DNA of 32,000 nucleotides, taken from assembly GCF_036323395.1 (NCBI RefSeq), contig NZ_AP028907.1:1290001-1322000 (forward strand), in the 5' to 3' direction. Both the position numbers and the translations under genes were made by a program. Each line of letters begins with the position of its first letter. The stretch's first letter is position 1. This document shows, piece after piece, positions 8,095 to 16,673 of the stretch. Source of the stretch: Pyrodictium abyssi. Lineage in GTDB: Archaea > Thermoproteota > Thermoprotei_A > Sulfolobales > Pyrodictiaceae. Under the pieces are notes generated by a model that did not search any database, had not been told where the DNA came from, and saw only the letters and a list, made by a program, of their open reading frames with translations.

Positions 8095-8880
8095 ATGGCG
8101 GCCGAGCCGCTGAGGGCTCTGAGCGTGTACGCCGAGCGGGGCGGCAGCCCCGTGCTCCGAGGAGTGACGCTGGAGGCGCCGCCAGGCGAGGTGACGGTAG
8201 TGCTCGGCCCCAACGGCGCCGGGAAGACCACGCTCCTCCAGGTGCTGGGGGGCCTCCATAGGCCTAGCCGGGGGCGCGTCCTCCTCGGAGACCTCGACGT
8301 CCACGCCCTCGCGGCCCGGGACCGGGCCAGGCTCATAGCCTACGTGCCCGCTGTGCTAGAGGCGCCGGGCCTCGGCCAGAGGGTCGAAGAGTTCGTCGCG
8401 GCTAGCCGGTACCCTCTCCACCGGGGGCTCGGCCTAGGCCCCGAGAGAGAGGACCTCGAAGAGGCGTGGCGCCAGCTCAGCCGCGTCGAGGCAGACCGGC
8501 TGGCTGGGAGGAAGCTCAGCGCGCTCAGCAGCGGCGAGAAGCAGAGGGCACTACTAGCACACGCCCTGGCGCGGGGCTCACGGGTGCTCCTAGTGGACGA
8601 GCCTACGAGCTTCCTCGACATGCGGGGTAAGCTGCTTGTCTACAAGCTTCTCCGCGAAGAGGCGCGCCGCGGCCGAGTAGTAGTCGCTGTGACACACGAC
8701 ATGCTCCTCGCCGGGCTCTACGCCGACCAGGTGGTGCTCCTCTCCGAGGGGAGGGTTGTAGCCCAGGGTACGCCCACAGAGGTACTCAGCCCAGAGCTCC
8801 TAGAGAAGGTGTTCCACGTGAGGGTCGAACTCCTCCGACTTGGAGGCAGGGTTGTACCACTGCCTGTGGACACCGCGTAG
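8095..8880 (+). CDS. ABC transporter ATP-binding protein (FepC/BtuD-like)
   Basis: Walker A GPNGAGKTTLL, signature LSSGEKQR, Walker B LLVDEPTSFLD, H-loop VTHD. The ATG is 2 nt after the permease stop. Confidence 0.9.
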   Translation: MAAEPLRALSVYAERGGSPVLRGVTLEAPPGEVTVVLGPNGAGKTTLLQVLGGLHRPSRGRVLLGDLDVHALAARDRARLIAYVPAVLEAPGLGQRVEEFVAASRYPLHRGLGLGPEREDLEEAWRQLSRVEADRLAGRKLSALSSGEKQRALLAHALARGSRVLLVDEPTSFLDMRGKLLVYKLLREEARRGRVVVAVTHDMLLAGLYADQVVLLSEGRVVAQGTPTEVLSPELLEKVFHVRVELLRLGGRVVPLPVDTA

Positions 8881-8927
8881 AAGGGGCAGAGAGAAGCAGG
8901 TCCTACGTTGGCCTCCGGAGGGGCCGC

Positions 8928-8932
8928 AAAAA
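8928..8932 (-). terminator. oligo-T (T5) tract downstream of the peptide-binding protein gene
   Basis: On the minus strand the sequence reads CCTGGTTTTTGCGG, 37 nt after the stop at 8969-8971. Oligo-T tracts are the known archaeal termination signal. Confidence 0.45.
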
Positions 8933-8968
8933 CCAGGTAAAGGGCCTGGGAGGGGGAGGCTACAGAGG

Positions 8969-11194
8969 CTACTTGACCTCTACTGTGATCTCGCTGAACC
9001 TGGTACCGCCGTATAGTAGCGGGCCAGCGTAGTTGTCTGGGTCTAGGTAGTCGGGCGCCCAGCCGATGATGTAGACGTCGAAGTCACCCTTCTCGGTCTT
9101 ACCTAGTAGTGTCGGCCAGTTGAGCGCCTTCACTGTTATCTTGAAGCCTAGCTGGCCCCAGGTCTGCTGCAACATAGCCGCTATCTTCTCGCGCTGGCTG
9201 TTACCCTTGTTATACCATATCTCTATCGTGTAGTCTGCTGGGTTGATGCCGCTCTTCTGTATCAGCTCAGCAGCCTTGGCGGGATCGAAGGTGTACTTAA
9301 TCACTATGTCGTCGTTGTGGCCTGGGAACCCGGCGGGTATCACGCCGTAGAGCCTCTCTAGGTACCCAGCGTACACGGCGTCCTTTATCTGGTCGAAGGG
9401 TATCATGTACATTAGCGCCTGCCTTACCAGGGTGTTGTCGAACGGCTTCTTCATCGTGTTGAGCACTATGTAGACGATTGTTGGCTCTAGGCCGCCCTCC
9501 TCTACCTTTATCTCGAAGTCAGTGCCCTCCATCTTGTAGCCACGTACATCCTTTAGCCTGTCTAGAGGAATGGCACCAGTGTCTGCCTGGCCGGACTTCA
9601 GTATCTCTATCCTAGAGACAGCGTCGTTGTTTATCAGGTAGATTACTGTCTTGTGGCTGGGCACGCCGTTCTCGCCGTATGGTGGCTGGTTCCATAGAGT
9701 CTTGTTCCAGTAGTAGGGGTTGTACTCGAGGATTATGTAGCTGTTCTCCTTGTACTCCTTGACGTAGTATGGGCCGGTGCCTACGGGCTTCTTGTTGAGC
9801 AGTAGGTGTGTCGGGTCCTGGTCGCCGGGCTGTATGTAGGCTGCCCATGCCTCCGGCTTCTTGCCGTTCTCGCTGGCTGCTAAGGCCTCCTTGTACTTGC
9901 CCTTCAGCTGGTCAACGTTGTCGAAGAGGTACTTCATGGGTATTACGCTTAGGAATGGGTCGCTCAGTATGCTGAGTATAGCGCTGTAGGGCTGGTATAG
10001 CTTGAGCTTTACTACGCCGGCTGTCTCGCCGCTATAGCCGAAGAACTTTAGCAGCTCGTCTAGGCTCTTAGCCTCAATTGTCTTGCCCTTGTAGTCGGCG
10101 TAGATACCGCCGTTTGCTAGTATCTTGTTAAACTCGTCCTCTGTCAGCACGCTGGAGGCGTTTACGTCTATGAACTCTGTCACCATCCAGCTTGGGTCGA
10201 GGCCTAGCCTGGCTACACGCCATATGCTGAACAGTACGTCGACAGCGCTTATGTCATAGGTCTTCTGGTTCCAAGGGTCATAGGCTTTAACACCGCCCCT
10301 TATCACGAAGTACCACTCGGTGCCGTCCTTGTTGTGTGCCCAGGCTACTGCTAGGTCTGGGCTTACCTCCTTAGTCTCATCCTTCCAGAAGGTCACTAGG
10401 GTGTCGCCTATGTTGTGCCATATGGCCCAGCCGAAGGTCTCGTAGTCCGCAGCGGGGTCGAAGGTGTCAGGCCAGCCTATAGTGACTATCACGTATGTGC
10501 TGGGGTCGTTCTTGTAGCCTCCGAGGCCCAGGTCTACGCTGGGGGCGTTCTTGTCCTCCCATAGCAGGTCGTAGCGCTCTGCTAGGGTCGGGTGGTAGTA
10601 GCGGCCGTGGAGCCAGCTCCACTGGGTGCGTACTAGCTTGTACTGGCCTAGCCAGAGGGTTGGGACCTCGTAATTGCTCAGCTTGTATACTGCCTCGTAT
10701 AGTATCTCGCGTATCTCTGGGTTTGTCTCCTTACGGGCCGCCATTATGAGCGCGTCTATCGTCTCGTTGCGGTAGAACGCGGGGTTTATGTCGCTGAAGG
10801 CGAGGGATTTTTCAACTGGCTTGGTCTTCTCCTTGTCTACCACGTACCTTACTACTACCAGCTTCTTGCCGCCCGTGCTTATCTCTGGTATCTCGACGCC
10901 CTTGGGCGCCACCACTACCACTGCCTTGCTGGTCTCGATGACCTTCACCCCCTCGGGCAGCTTAGCCGGCTTAGCCGCTGTGGTTGTGGCGGCTGTCGTC
11001 TGCTGGGTTGTCGTTGTTGCCAGCGTTGTAGCTGGAGTGGCCGCCGTCTCTGCTGCAGATGTGGTAGTCTGCGCGGTTGTTATCTGCGTAGCTGTTGGCG
11101 TCTTCTCGCCGCCGCGGAGGGCTATGAAAGCGCTCGCCACAATGAGGATTAGTACTAGCACACCTATGAGGGCCTTGTTAGAGACCATGGTCAT
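8969..11194 (-). CDS. ABC peptide/oligopeptide substrate-binding protein, family 5 (DppA/OppA-like), N-terminally anchored, apparently circularly permuted
   Basis: TM helix plus Thr-rich linker. Family 5 motifs present: VGTGPYYVKEY...ILEYNPYYW, FDNTLVRQALMYMIPFDQI, GWAPDYLDPDNY. SD AAGGTG lies before the ATG. The gene is divergent from the matching BCDF genes. See the finding for the domain order. Confidence 0.85.
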   Translation of the reverse strand: MTMVSNKALIGVLVLILIVASAFIALRGGEKTPTATQITTAQTTTSAAETAATPATTLATTTTQQTTAATTTAAKPAKLPEGVKVIETSKAVVVVAPKGVEIPEISTGGKKLVVVRYVVDKEKTKPVEKSLAFSDINPAFYRNETIDALIMAARKETNPEIREILYEAVYKLSNYEVPTLWLGQYKLVRTQWSWLHGRYYHPTLAERYDLLWEDKNAPSVDLGLGGYKNDPSTYVIVTIGWPDTFDPAADYETFGWAIWHNIGDTLVTFWKDETKEVSPDLAVAWAHNKDGTEWYFVIRGGVKAYDPWNQKTYDISAVDVLFSIWRVARLGLDPSWMVTEFIDVNASSVLTEDEFNKILANGGIYADYKGKTIEAKSLDELLKFFGYSGETAGVVKLKLYQPYSAILSILSDPFLSVIPMKYLFDNVDQLKGKYKEALAASENGKKPEAWAAYIQPGDQDPTHLLLNKKPVGTGPYYVKEYKENSYIILEYNPYYWNKTLWNQPPYGENGVPSHKTVIYLINNDAVSRIEILKSGQADTGAIPLDRLKDVRGYKMEGTDFEIKVEEGGLEPTIVYIVLNTMKKPFDNTLVRQALMYMIPFDQIKDAVYAGYLERLYGVIPAGFPGHNDDIVIKYTFDPAKAAELIQKSGINPADYTIEIWYNKGNSQREKIAAMLQQTWGQLGFKITVKALNWPTLLGKTEKGDFDVYIIGWAPDYLDPDNYAGPLLYGGTRFSEITVEVK

Positions 11195-11418
11195 ACACCT
11201 TTAATCACTCTTTGAGTTTTGGGCTAACCGGTTACCATGTCTACGAGTCGTGATGCCAACTGAGGGGCTTTATAACCCTAGTGTGCTCTGAAGGCTCTGT
11301 TTTACGTTTAACTATGTGGAACAACGTTCCCGCAAGGGTTATTCAAGGGGCGCCGCAGCCCCCGGGACAACAGCCGGGAGGGGCGCTGGCGGGCCCAAGG
11401 GCTGCCAGGTGAGCTTCT
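11195..11418. promoter_or_regulatory. divergent promoter region of the peptide ABC locus
   Basis: 224-nt AT-rich intergenic region with TATA-like CTTTATAAC (11268-11276) and GTTTTACGTTTAACTA (11299-11314). A GC-rich stretch follows, then SD AGGTGA before GTG 11419. Confidence 0.5.
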
Positions 11419-12417
11419 GTGGCCGACCTTAAGCGCTTCATAGTGCGTAGGCTCATAACCTTCGTACCCACTATTATAGGTGTGACGCTGCTAGTCTACG
11501 TGATCGCCGCCATCATCCCTGCGAACCCTGCTAAGCTGTGGGCGGGTGGCCAGAAGGCCTCCCCGGAGGTCGTGGAGAGGCTGATCAAGGAGTACCATCT
11601 CGACGAGCCCTGGTACGTCCAGTACTACTACTTCATGAAGAACCTGCTCTTCGGGAATGCCGTGAGCCCTGTGACGCACAACAACGTCTGGGAAGAGATA
11701 ATGGACCGGTTCCTCACCGTTACTCTCCCGCTCACGTTGCTAGCCTTCATAATGATAATTGCTATAGGTATTCCTCTAGGCATTATAGCCGCGATTAAGC
11801 GCGACACCATAGTAGACATGGTTATACGCGGCTTTGCCCTGATAGGCCTCTCTACGCCTATATTCTGGCTCGCCTACCTCATGATATTCCTCCTCTACCC
11901 GCACGGATTGATAACACTGGCCGGTATACCCACCCCGCCGTACAAGATAACGGGTGTGCCTCTGATAGATGCCCTGCTTAAGCTCGACTTTGGCTACCTG
12001 GCTATGCTGCTTAAGAGGCTCTGGCTGCCAGCGCTGATGCTAGCCTATGGCGGTATAGGTTTCATGACCAGGCTTGTGAGGAATAGCTTCCTCGACGCCT
12101 ACACTAGGGACTACGTTGAGTTCATGGAGGCCCGTGGCTTCCCCCGGATGAGGATATACCGGCATGTGCTCCGCAATGCGCTGGCGCCTATAGTGACTAT
12201 GCTAGGGCTGCAGTTCGGCGGGCTCCTAGCAGGCACGCCGATAACCGAGACGGTGTTCGGCCTGCCTGGGCTAGGCCTCTACATGATGCAGGCCATAGAC
12301 AACTTTGACTACATGTCTCTCACCGCGGGTGTGCTACTCGTAGCCTTCATATACACGTCGATGAACCTCATAGTGGACATACTCTACGCTATTATCGACC
12401 CAAGGGTCCGGTACTAG
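11419..12417 (+). CDS. ABC peptide transporter permease (DppB/OppB-like)
   Basis: BPD_transp_1-type permease. The N-terminus RFIVRRLITFVPTIIGVTLLVYV and C-terminus DILYAIIDPRVRY are hallmark DppB/OppB ends. Confidence 0.9.
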   Translation: MADLKRFIVRRLITFVPTIIGVTLLVYVIAAIIPANPAKLWAGGQKASPEVVERLIKEYHLDEPWYVQYYYFMKNLLFGNAVSPVTHNNVWEEIMDRFLTVTLPLTLLAFIMIIAIGIPLGIIAAIKRDTIVDMVIRGFALIGLSTPIFWLAYLMIFLLYPHGLITLAGIPTPPYKITGVPLIDALLKLDFGYLAMLLKRLWLPALMLAYGGIGFMTRLVRNSFLDAYTRDYVEFMEARGFPRMRIYRHVLRNALAPIVTMLGLQFGGLLAGTPITETVFGLPGLGLYMMQAIDNFDYMSLTAGVLLVAFIYTSMNLIVDILYAIIDPRVRY

Positions 12418-12450
12418 AGCAATAATCCGTCCATACTCCGTCCCGGAGGC

Positions 12451-13650
12451 ATGGTCGTGTTGCCGGGCGAGGTGTACGAGAAGAAGCTCTTAGACCGCGT
12501 GGCTGACGCGCTAGTGGCGGGTTTCGCCGCTATAGCTGACCGGCTGAGCCCTGGCTGGAGCACGAGGAACCGGGGCCGGCTCGACGAGTGGAGGCTGATG
12601 CTCTACACGCTGAACAGGTCGCCCCTAGGCCTAGCAGGAGTAGCGCTCGTGACGTTCTTCCTCTTCCTCGCGTTGTTTGGGCCGCGCATAGCACCTCTCA
12701 GCTACGATAGCCAGATATTCCTATGCGACCCGGATGCACGTCTTGCGCCGCCAGGAACTGTGGTAAACATCCCCGATAACCCGTTCTGCCGGCAGCTCGG
12801 GCTGAAGCCCGGCAACTTCACCATGCTCCTCGGCGGCGACGACTATGGCAGGGACCTATGGAGCCGTATACTCTACGGCGCGCGTACGAGCCTCATAGTG
12901 GCTATACTGGTGATGCTTGTCGGGCCGTGGATAGGCATAGCGCTGGGCCTAATAGCGGGCTATTACGGGGGCATGATAGACGAGCTAATAATGAGGATAA
13001 CCGACGTATTCTTGGCGTTCCCCGGCCTCATCCTGGCTATAGCATTCTCAGCCGTCCTCCCGTACAGGCTCCAGGACTTCATGGAGGCGCACCCGCTCGT
13101 AGCCGACGTGCTCCGTGTACTCTTCGCAGTGAAGCCCAAGGACGAGCCCGCGCTAGCCAGCCTACTGGCCGTGATAGTAGCGCTCTGGCTAGTCTGGTGG
13201 CCAAGCTACGCTAGGCTTGTCAGAGGCATGGTGCTCAGCGCCAGGGAGAACACATACGTTGAGGCGGCCCGGGCCCTGGGTATACCGACGTGGAGGATAC
13301 TCGCCGTACACATACTCCCGAACATAGCGGGCCCGATACTAGTGATGCTCACCATAGACTTTGGCGGCGTCATACTGACCGAGGCTGGTCTGAGCTTCCT
13401 AGGCCTCGGCGCTGTGCCGCCGCTAGCCGACTGGGGCCGGATAATATACGACGGCTCCCAGTACTTCCCGGACAGCTGGTGGCTAGTGTTCTTCCCAGGC
13501 CTCATGATATTCCTCACTGTTTTCGGCTTCAACCTGCTCGGGGACACGCTCCGGGACATACTCGACCCCAAGATACGTAGGAGCATCGAGTTCAAGGTGA
13601 AGAAGACGAAGGCCAGGCAAACAGCGATGACGGGGGAGGTGACACAGTAG
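12451..13650 (+). CDS. ABC peptide transporter permease (DppC/OppC-like)
   Basis: OppC_N-like segment (GLAGVALVTFFLFLALFGPRIAP), GGDDYGRDLWSRILYGAR, EAARALG, and C-terminal GDTLRDILDPK. GTG 12457 has better spacing from SD GGAGG, so the start is uncertain by 2 codons. Confidence 0.88.
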   Translation: MVVLPGEVYEKKLLDRVADALVAGFAAIADRLSPGWSTRNRGRLDEWRLMLYTLNRSPLGLAGVALVTFFLFLALFGPRIAPLSYDSQIFLCDPDARLAPPGTVVNIPDNPFCRQLGLKPGNFTMLLGGDDYGRDLWSRILYGARTSLIVAILVMLVGPWIGIALGLIAGYYGGMIDELIMRITDVFLAFPGLILAIAFSAVLPYRLQDFMEAHPLVADVLRVLFAVKPKDEPALASLLAVIVALWLVWWPSYARLVRGMVLSARENTYVEAARALGIPTWRILAVHILPNIAGPILVMLTIDFGGVILTEAGLSFLGLGAVPPLADWGRIIYDGSQYFPDSWWLVFFPGLMIFLTVFGFNLLGDTLRDILDPKIRRSIEFKVKKTKARQTAMTGEVTQ

Positions 13651-14660
13651 TGGCTAGGGAGCTCCGCTGCAAAGACCCCATAGTGGAGGTGCGGGGTCTC
13701 TACGTCAACTTCTACACCTACGCCGGGGTAGTGAAGGCTATAGAGGACGTAAGCTTCTGCATCGAGCGTGGCGAGACCTACTGCCTCGTCGGCGAGACGG
13801 GCTGTGGCAAGAGCGTCACTAGCAGGGCCCTGACGAGGCTTATCCGGCCTCCGGGCCGGATAGAGAGGGGGGAGATAATCTACTACCCGGAGCCCGGCAA
13901 ACCCGTGGACATTATGAAGCTGAGCGAGGAGGAGCTCAACCGGATACGTGGCAACGAGATAGCCTACATATTCCAGGACCCTGGTGCCGCGCTCGACCCG
14001 CTCTACGTTATAGGCTACCAGGTATCGGAGACTATGCTCGTCCACGGCAAGATAAGGAAGCTGAAGGAGGGAATCGGGCGCGCAGTAGAGCTGCTAAGGA
14101 GGACACTGATACCAGACCCAGAGTCGCGTGTGAAGGCCTACCCGCACGAGCTGAGCGGCGGCATGAGGCAGAGGAGCGTGATAAGCATAGGCCTGGCTAA
14201 CAAGCCAAAGCTCCTGATAGCCGACGAGCCGACAACGGCCCTGGACGCTACCGTCCAGGCCCAGGTGATGGAGCTACTCCGCCGCCTCAAGCGGGAGGAG
14301 GGGCTCACGCTCCTCCTCATAACCCACAACATGGGCCTCGTGGCCGAGATGTGCGACCGGGTCGCGGTGATGTACGCGGGCCACATAGTAGAGGAGGCTC
14401 CTGTGGTGGAGCTGTTCCGCCGCCCCATGCACCCCTATACGCGGGCGCTTCTCCGGGCCGTACCCGACCCCACCAGGAAGATCGAGAAGCTAGAATCAAT
14501 ACCAGGTACTGTACCGAACCTTGTCAACCCGCCGCCGGGCTGCAGGTTCCACCCAAGGTGCCCCCACGCTATGCCAGTGTGTAGCCAGAGACGCCCGCCA
14601 TACACGCGCGTGAGCGAGAGCCACTACGTGGCCTGCTGGCTATACCCCGAGAAGGCGTGA
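13650..14660 (+). CDS. ABC peptide transporter ATP-binding protein (DppD/OppD-like)
   Basis: Walker A GETGCGKS, signature LSGGMRQR, Walker B LLIADEPTTALD. C-terminal oligopeptide-transporter domain with Cys motif GCRFHPRCPHAMPVC...VACW. GTG overlaps the upstream stop (TAGTG) and is preceded by SD GGAGGTGA. Confidence 0.92.
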   Translation: MARELRCKDPIVEVRGLYVNFYTYAGVVKAIEDVSFCIERGETYCLVGETGCGKSVTSRALTRLIRPPGRIERGEIIYYPEPGKPVDIMKLSEEELNRIRGNEIAYIFQDPGAALDPLYVIGYQVSETMLVHGKIRKLKEGIGRAVELLRRTLIPDPESRVKAYPHELSGGMRQRSVISIGLANKPKLLIADEPTTALDATVQAQVMELLRRLKREEGLTLLLITHNMGLVAEMCDRVAVMYAGHIVEEAPVVELFRRPMHPYTRALLRAVPDPTRKIEKLESIPGTVPNLVNPPPGCRFHPRCPHAMPVCSQRRPPYTRVSESHYVACWLYPEKA

Positions 14661-14677
14661 GAAGGGGGTGACGGGCT

Positions 14678-15730
14678 GTGCTCCGTCCCGCGCAGAAGCG
14701 CAGCGAGCAGGACCAGGGCTACAGGGAGGCCCTGGCCGAGCTGGGCAGGATGTTCCCCGGCGAGGAGCCCCTCGTGCTGGTGCACCATCTCCGCAAGTAC
14801 TTCCCGGTGAAGGGCATCTTCTTCACCCGGGACTGGGTGCGCGCGGTCGACGACGTCTCCTTCATGATACCGAGGGGCAAGACGCTGGGGCTCGTGGGCG
14901 AGAGCGGCTCGGGCAAGACTACTATCGGTAGGCTGGTGCTCCGCCTGATAGAGCCAACCTCTGGTAGGGTGTTCTTCGAGGGCCGCGACATATTCAGGCT
15001 AGGGAGGAAGGAGCTTAGGAGGTTCCGCCGCGAGGCGCAGATGGTGTTCCAGGACCCGTATGGTAGCCTTAACCCCCGTATGACCGTGTATGGCCTCATT
15101 ACAGAGGTGCTCCGGGTACACGGTATAGAGGTTGACGACCCGTATAGCTACGTGGTTAGGCTGCTAGAGGAGGTAGGGCTCAACGAGACCCACGTCTACC
15201 GGTACCCCTACGAGTTTAGCGGCGGCCAGCGCCAGAGGATAGCTATAGCCCGTGTGCTAGCCCTGCGCCCCAAGTTCATAGTCCTGGACGAGCCCACTAG
15301 CGCGCTCGACGTGTCCGTGCAGGCCCAGATACTCAACATGCTCCGAGAGCTGCAGGCCCGGCACGGGCTTACCTACCTCTTCATAAGCCACGACCTGGGC
15401 GTCATACGTTACATGAGCGACTACATAGCAGTCATGTATCTCGGCAAGATAATCGAGCTTGGGCCCGCCGAGGAGGTGTTCGAGAAACCCCTCCACCCGT
15501 ACACGGAGATGCTGCTGGCCTCGATACCGGTGCCGGATCCGGAGAAGGCCCGGGCCCCGAGAAGGATAGAGGTGAAGGGCGAGCCGCCTAGCCCGATCAA
15601 CCCGCCGCCGGGCTGCAGGTTCCACCCAAGGTGCTGGAAGCGCGTGGAGAGATGCGGCCAGGAGGAGCCGCCGCTCGTGGAGGCCGAGAGGGGCCACTAC
15701 GTGGCCTGCTGGCTCTACGCCCGCCGCTAG
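14678..15730 (+). CDS. ABC peptide transporter ATP-binding protein (DppF/OppF-like)
   Basis: Walker A GESGSGKTT, signature FSGGQRQR, Walker B IVLDEPTSALD. C-terminal GCRFHPRCWKRVERC...VACW. SD GGGGGTGA lies before GTG 14678. ATG 14750 is an alternative start. Confidence 0.9.
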   Translation: MLRPAQKRSEQDQGYREALAELGRMFPGEEPLVLVHHLRKYFPVKGIFFTRDWVRAVDDVSFMIPRGKTLGLVGESGSGKTTIGRLVLRLIEPTSGRVFFEGRDIFRLGRKELRRFRREAQMVFQDPYGSLNPRMTVYGLITEVLRVHGIEVDDPYSYVVRLLEEVGLNETHVYRYPYEFSGGQRQRIAIARVLALRPKFIVLDEPTSALDVSVQAQILNMLRELQARHGLTYLFISHDLGVIRYMSDYIAVMYLGKIIELGPAEEVFEKPLHPYTEMLLASIPVPDPEKARAPRRIEVKGEPPSPINPPPGCRFHPRCWKRVERCGQEEPPLVEAERGHYVACWLYARR

Positions 15731-15749
15731 GAGGGCCGCGTAGGCCCCT

Positions 15750-16673
15750 ATGGCCCTTGTCTGCGTGGAAGCTGCGTGGATGGACCTCGACCTCTCCATG
15801 TACCCTAGTTTTGTCTCCTCGTTCTACAGCTATGCTGGGCCCGGCCGTTGGGCCAAGACCCTGGGGCATGGCAGGGGCCACGTGGTCGAGAAGCTGGGCA
15901 CGAGGCTCTGCTGCCGCGGGCCCGGGTGCAGCGTTGAACTCCTCCACTACCTGTCGGGCCGCTGGTGCCTAGAGAGCTGCAGGCTCCTCGCCCCGGGCCC
16001 CGAGGAGCCTGCTCTGCTGTATCCGGGGCTGGTCGTGGCGGCTTCTCAGCCCCGGGACCGTCTCCTCGCCGCAGCCGCCGTGGCGCTGTCGTGGAGGACG
16101 CGCTACGCCACCAATGTGAGGCGCTGGATGCGCATAGTCTTCGACGGCGTTGTCGACGAGGAGACCGGGGAGGTGGACATAGGCAGGGCCGTGGAGAGGG
16201 CTAGGCGGCTCCCCAGCCCGCAGCCGCGGCGGCTAGCCCGGCTCCTCCCAGCGCTAGCCGAGGCTCTCGGGGACTGGGGCGACCCGGCCGCTCTCCGGAG
16301 GAGGCTCCTAGAACTGCCCGGCGTCGGCCCCAAGACCGCTGACGCCATACTACTGTTCACGGGGGCTTCGAGCGCTGTGGCTCCGGGCGACGTGCATCTC
16401 CAGCGCTTCGCGGCCGAGGTCCTCGGGCTCCGGGGCCTCCGGCCCGCGTCTAAGGACATGTGCCTACGCGGGGGCGCGTGGTGCTCCGCGTGCCCGCTGC
16501 GCGCCGAGTGCCTCCAGGGCCGCATAGTGGAGGCCTACGGCGGCGCTGCTGGCCTCGTCCAGACAACCGCGTACGTGTACGGGAGCCTCGGCAAGGGGGA
16601 CTGGCGGGCTAGGCTCCGCCGCCTGCTGGAGCGGTTCTACACTAGCTCCGGCGGTACCTCGCCTGGGCGGTAG
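15750..16673 (+). CDS. HhH-GPD superfamily DNA glycosylase with endonuclease III-type [4Fe-4S] loop
   Basis: Helix-hairpin-helix LPGVGPKTADAILLF, with a Lys at the EndoIII K120-equivalent position. The catalytic-Asp region reads APGDVHLQR. The C-terminal CLRGGAWCSACPLRAEC has the C-X6-C-X2-C-X5-C spacing. Start uncertain (ATG 15750, 15780 or 15796). Confidence 0.75.
   Translation: MALVCVEAAWMDLDLSMYPSFVSSFYSYAGPGRWAKTLGHGRGHVVEKLGTRLCCRGPGCSVELLHYLSGRWCLESCRLLAPGPEEPALLYPGLVVAASQPRDRLLAAAAVALSWRTRYATNVRRWMRIVFDGVVDEETGEVDIGRAVERARRLPSPQPRRLARLLPALAEALGDWGDPAALRRRLLELPGVGPKTADAILLFTGASSAVAPGDVHLQRFAAEVLGLRGLRPASKDMCLRGGAWCSACPLRAECLQGRIVEAYGGAAGLVQTTAYVYGSLGKGDWRARLRRLLERFYTSSGGTSPGR

Noticed and set aside
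8911-8926. The palindrome GGCCTCCGGAGGGGCC between the convergent ABC ATPase and binding-protein genes, as a possible hairpin terminator.
   Set aside because: The core CCTCCGGAGG is a loopless palindrome that cannot form a hairpin. The adjacent T5 on the minus strand is a better termination signal.
13206-14045. Long antisense ORFs opposite well-supported genes: 13206-14045 (279 aa), 19142-19837 (231 aa), 25384-26043 (219 aa), 804-1292, 5858-6331, 2437-2820, 4286-4693, 15257-15799, 16103-16525 and others.
   Set aside because: In DNA of 65-70% GC, stop codons are rare in all frames. These ORFs translate to Arg/Pro/Gly/Ala/Ser-rich low-complexity peptides with no motifs. Each lies fully inside a gene with clear family signatures on the other strand.
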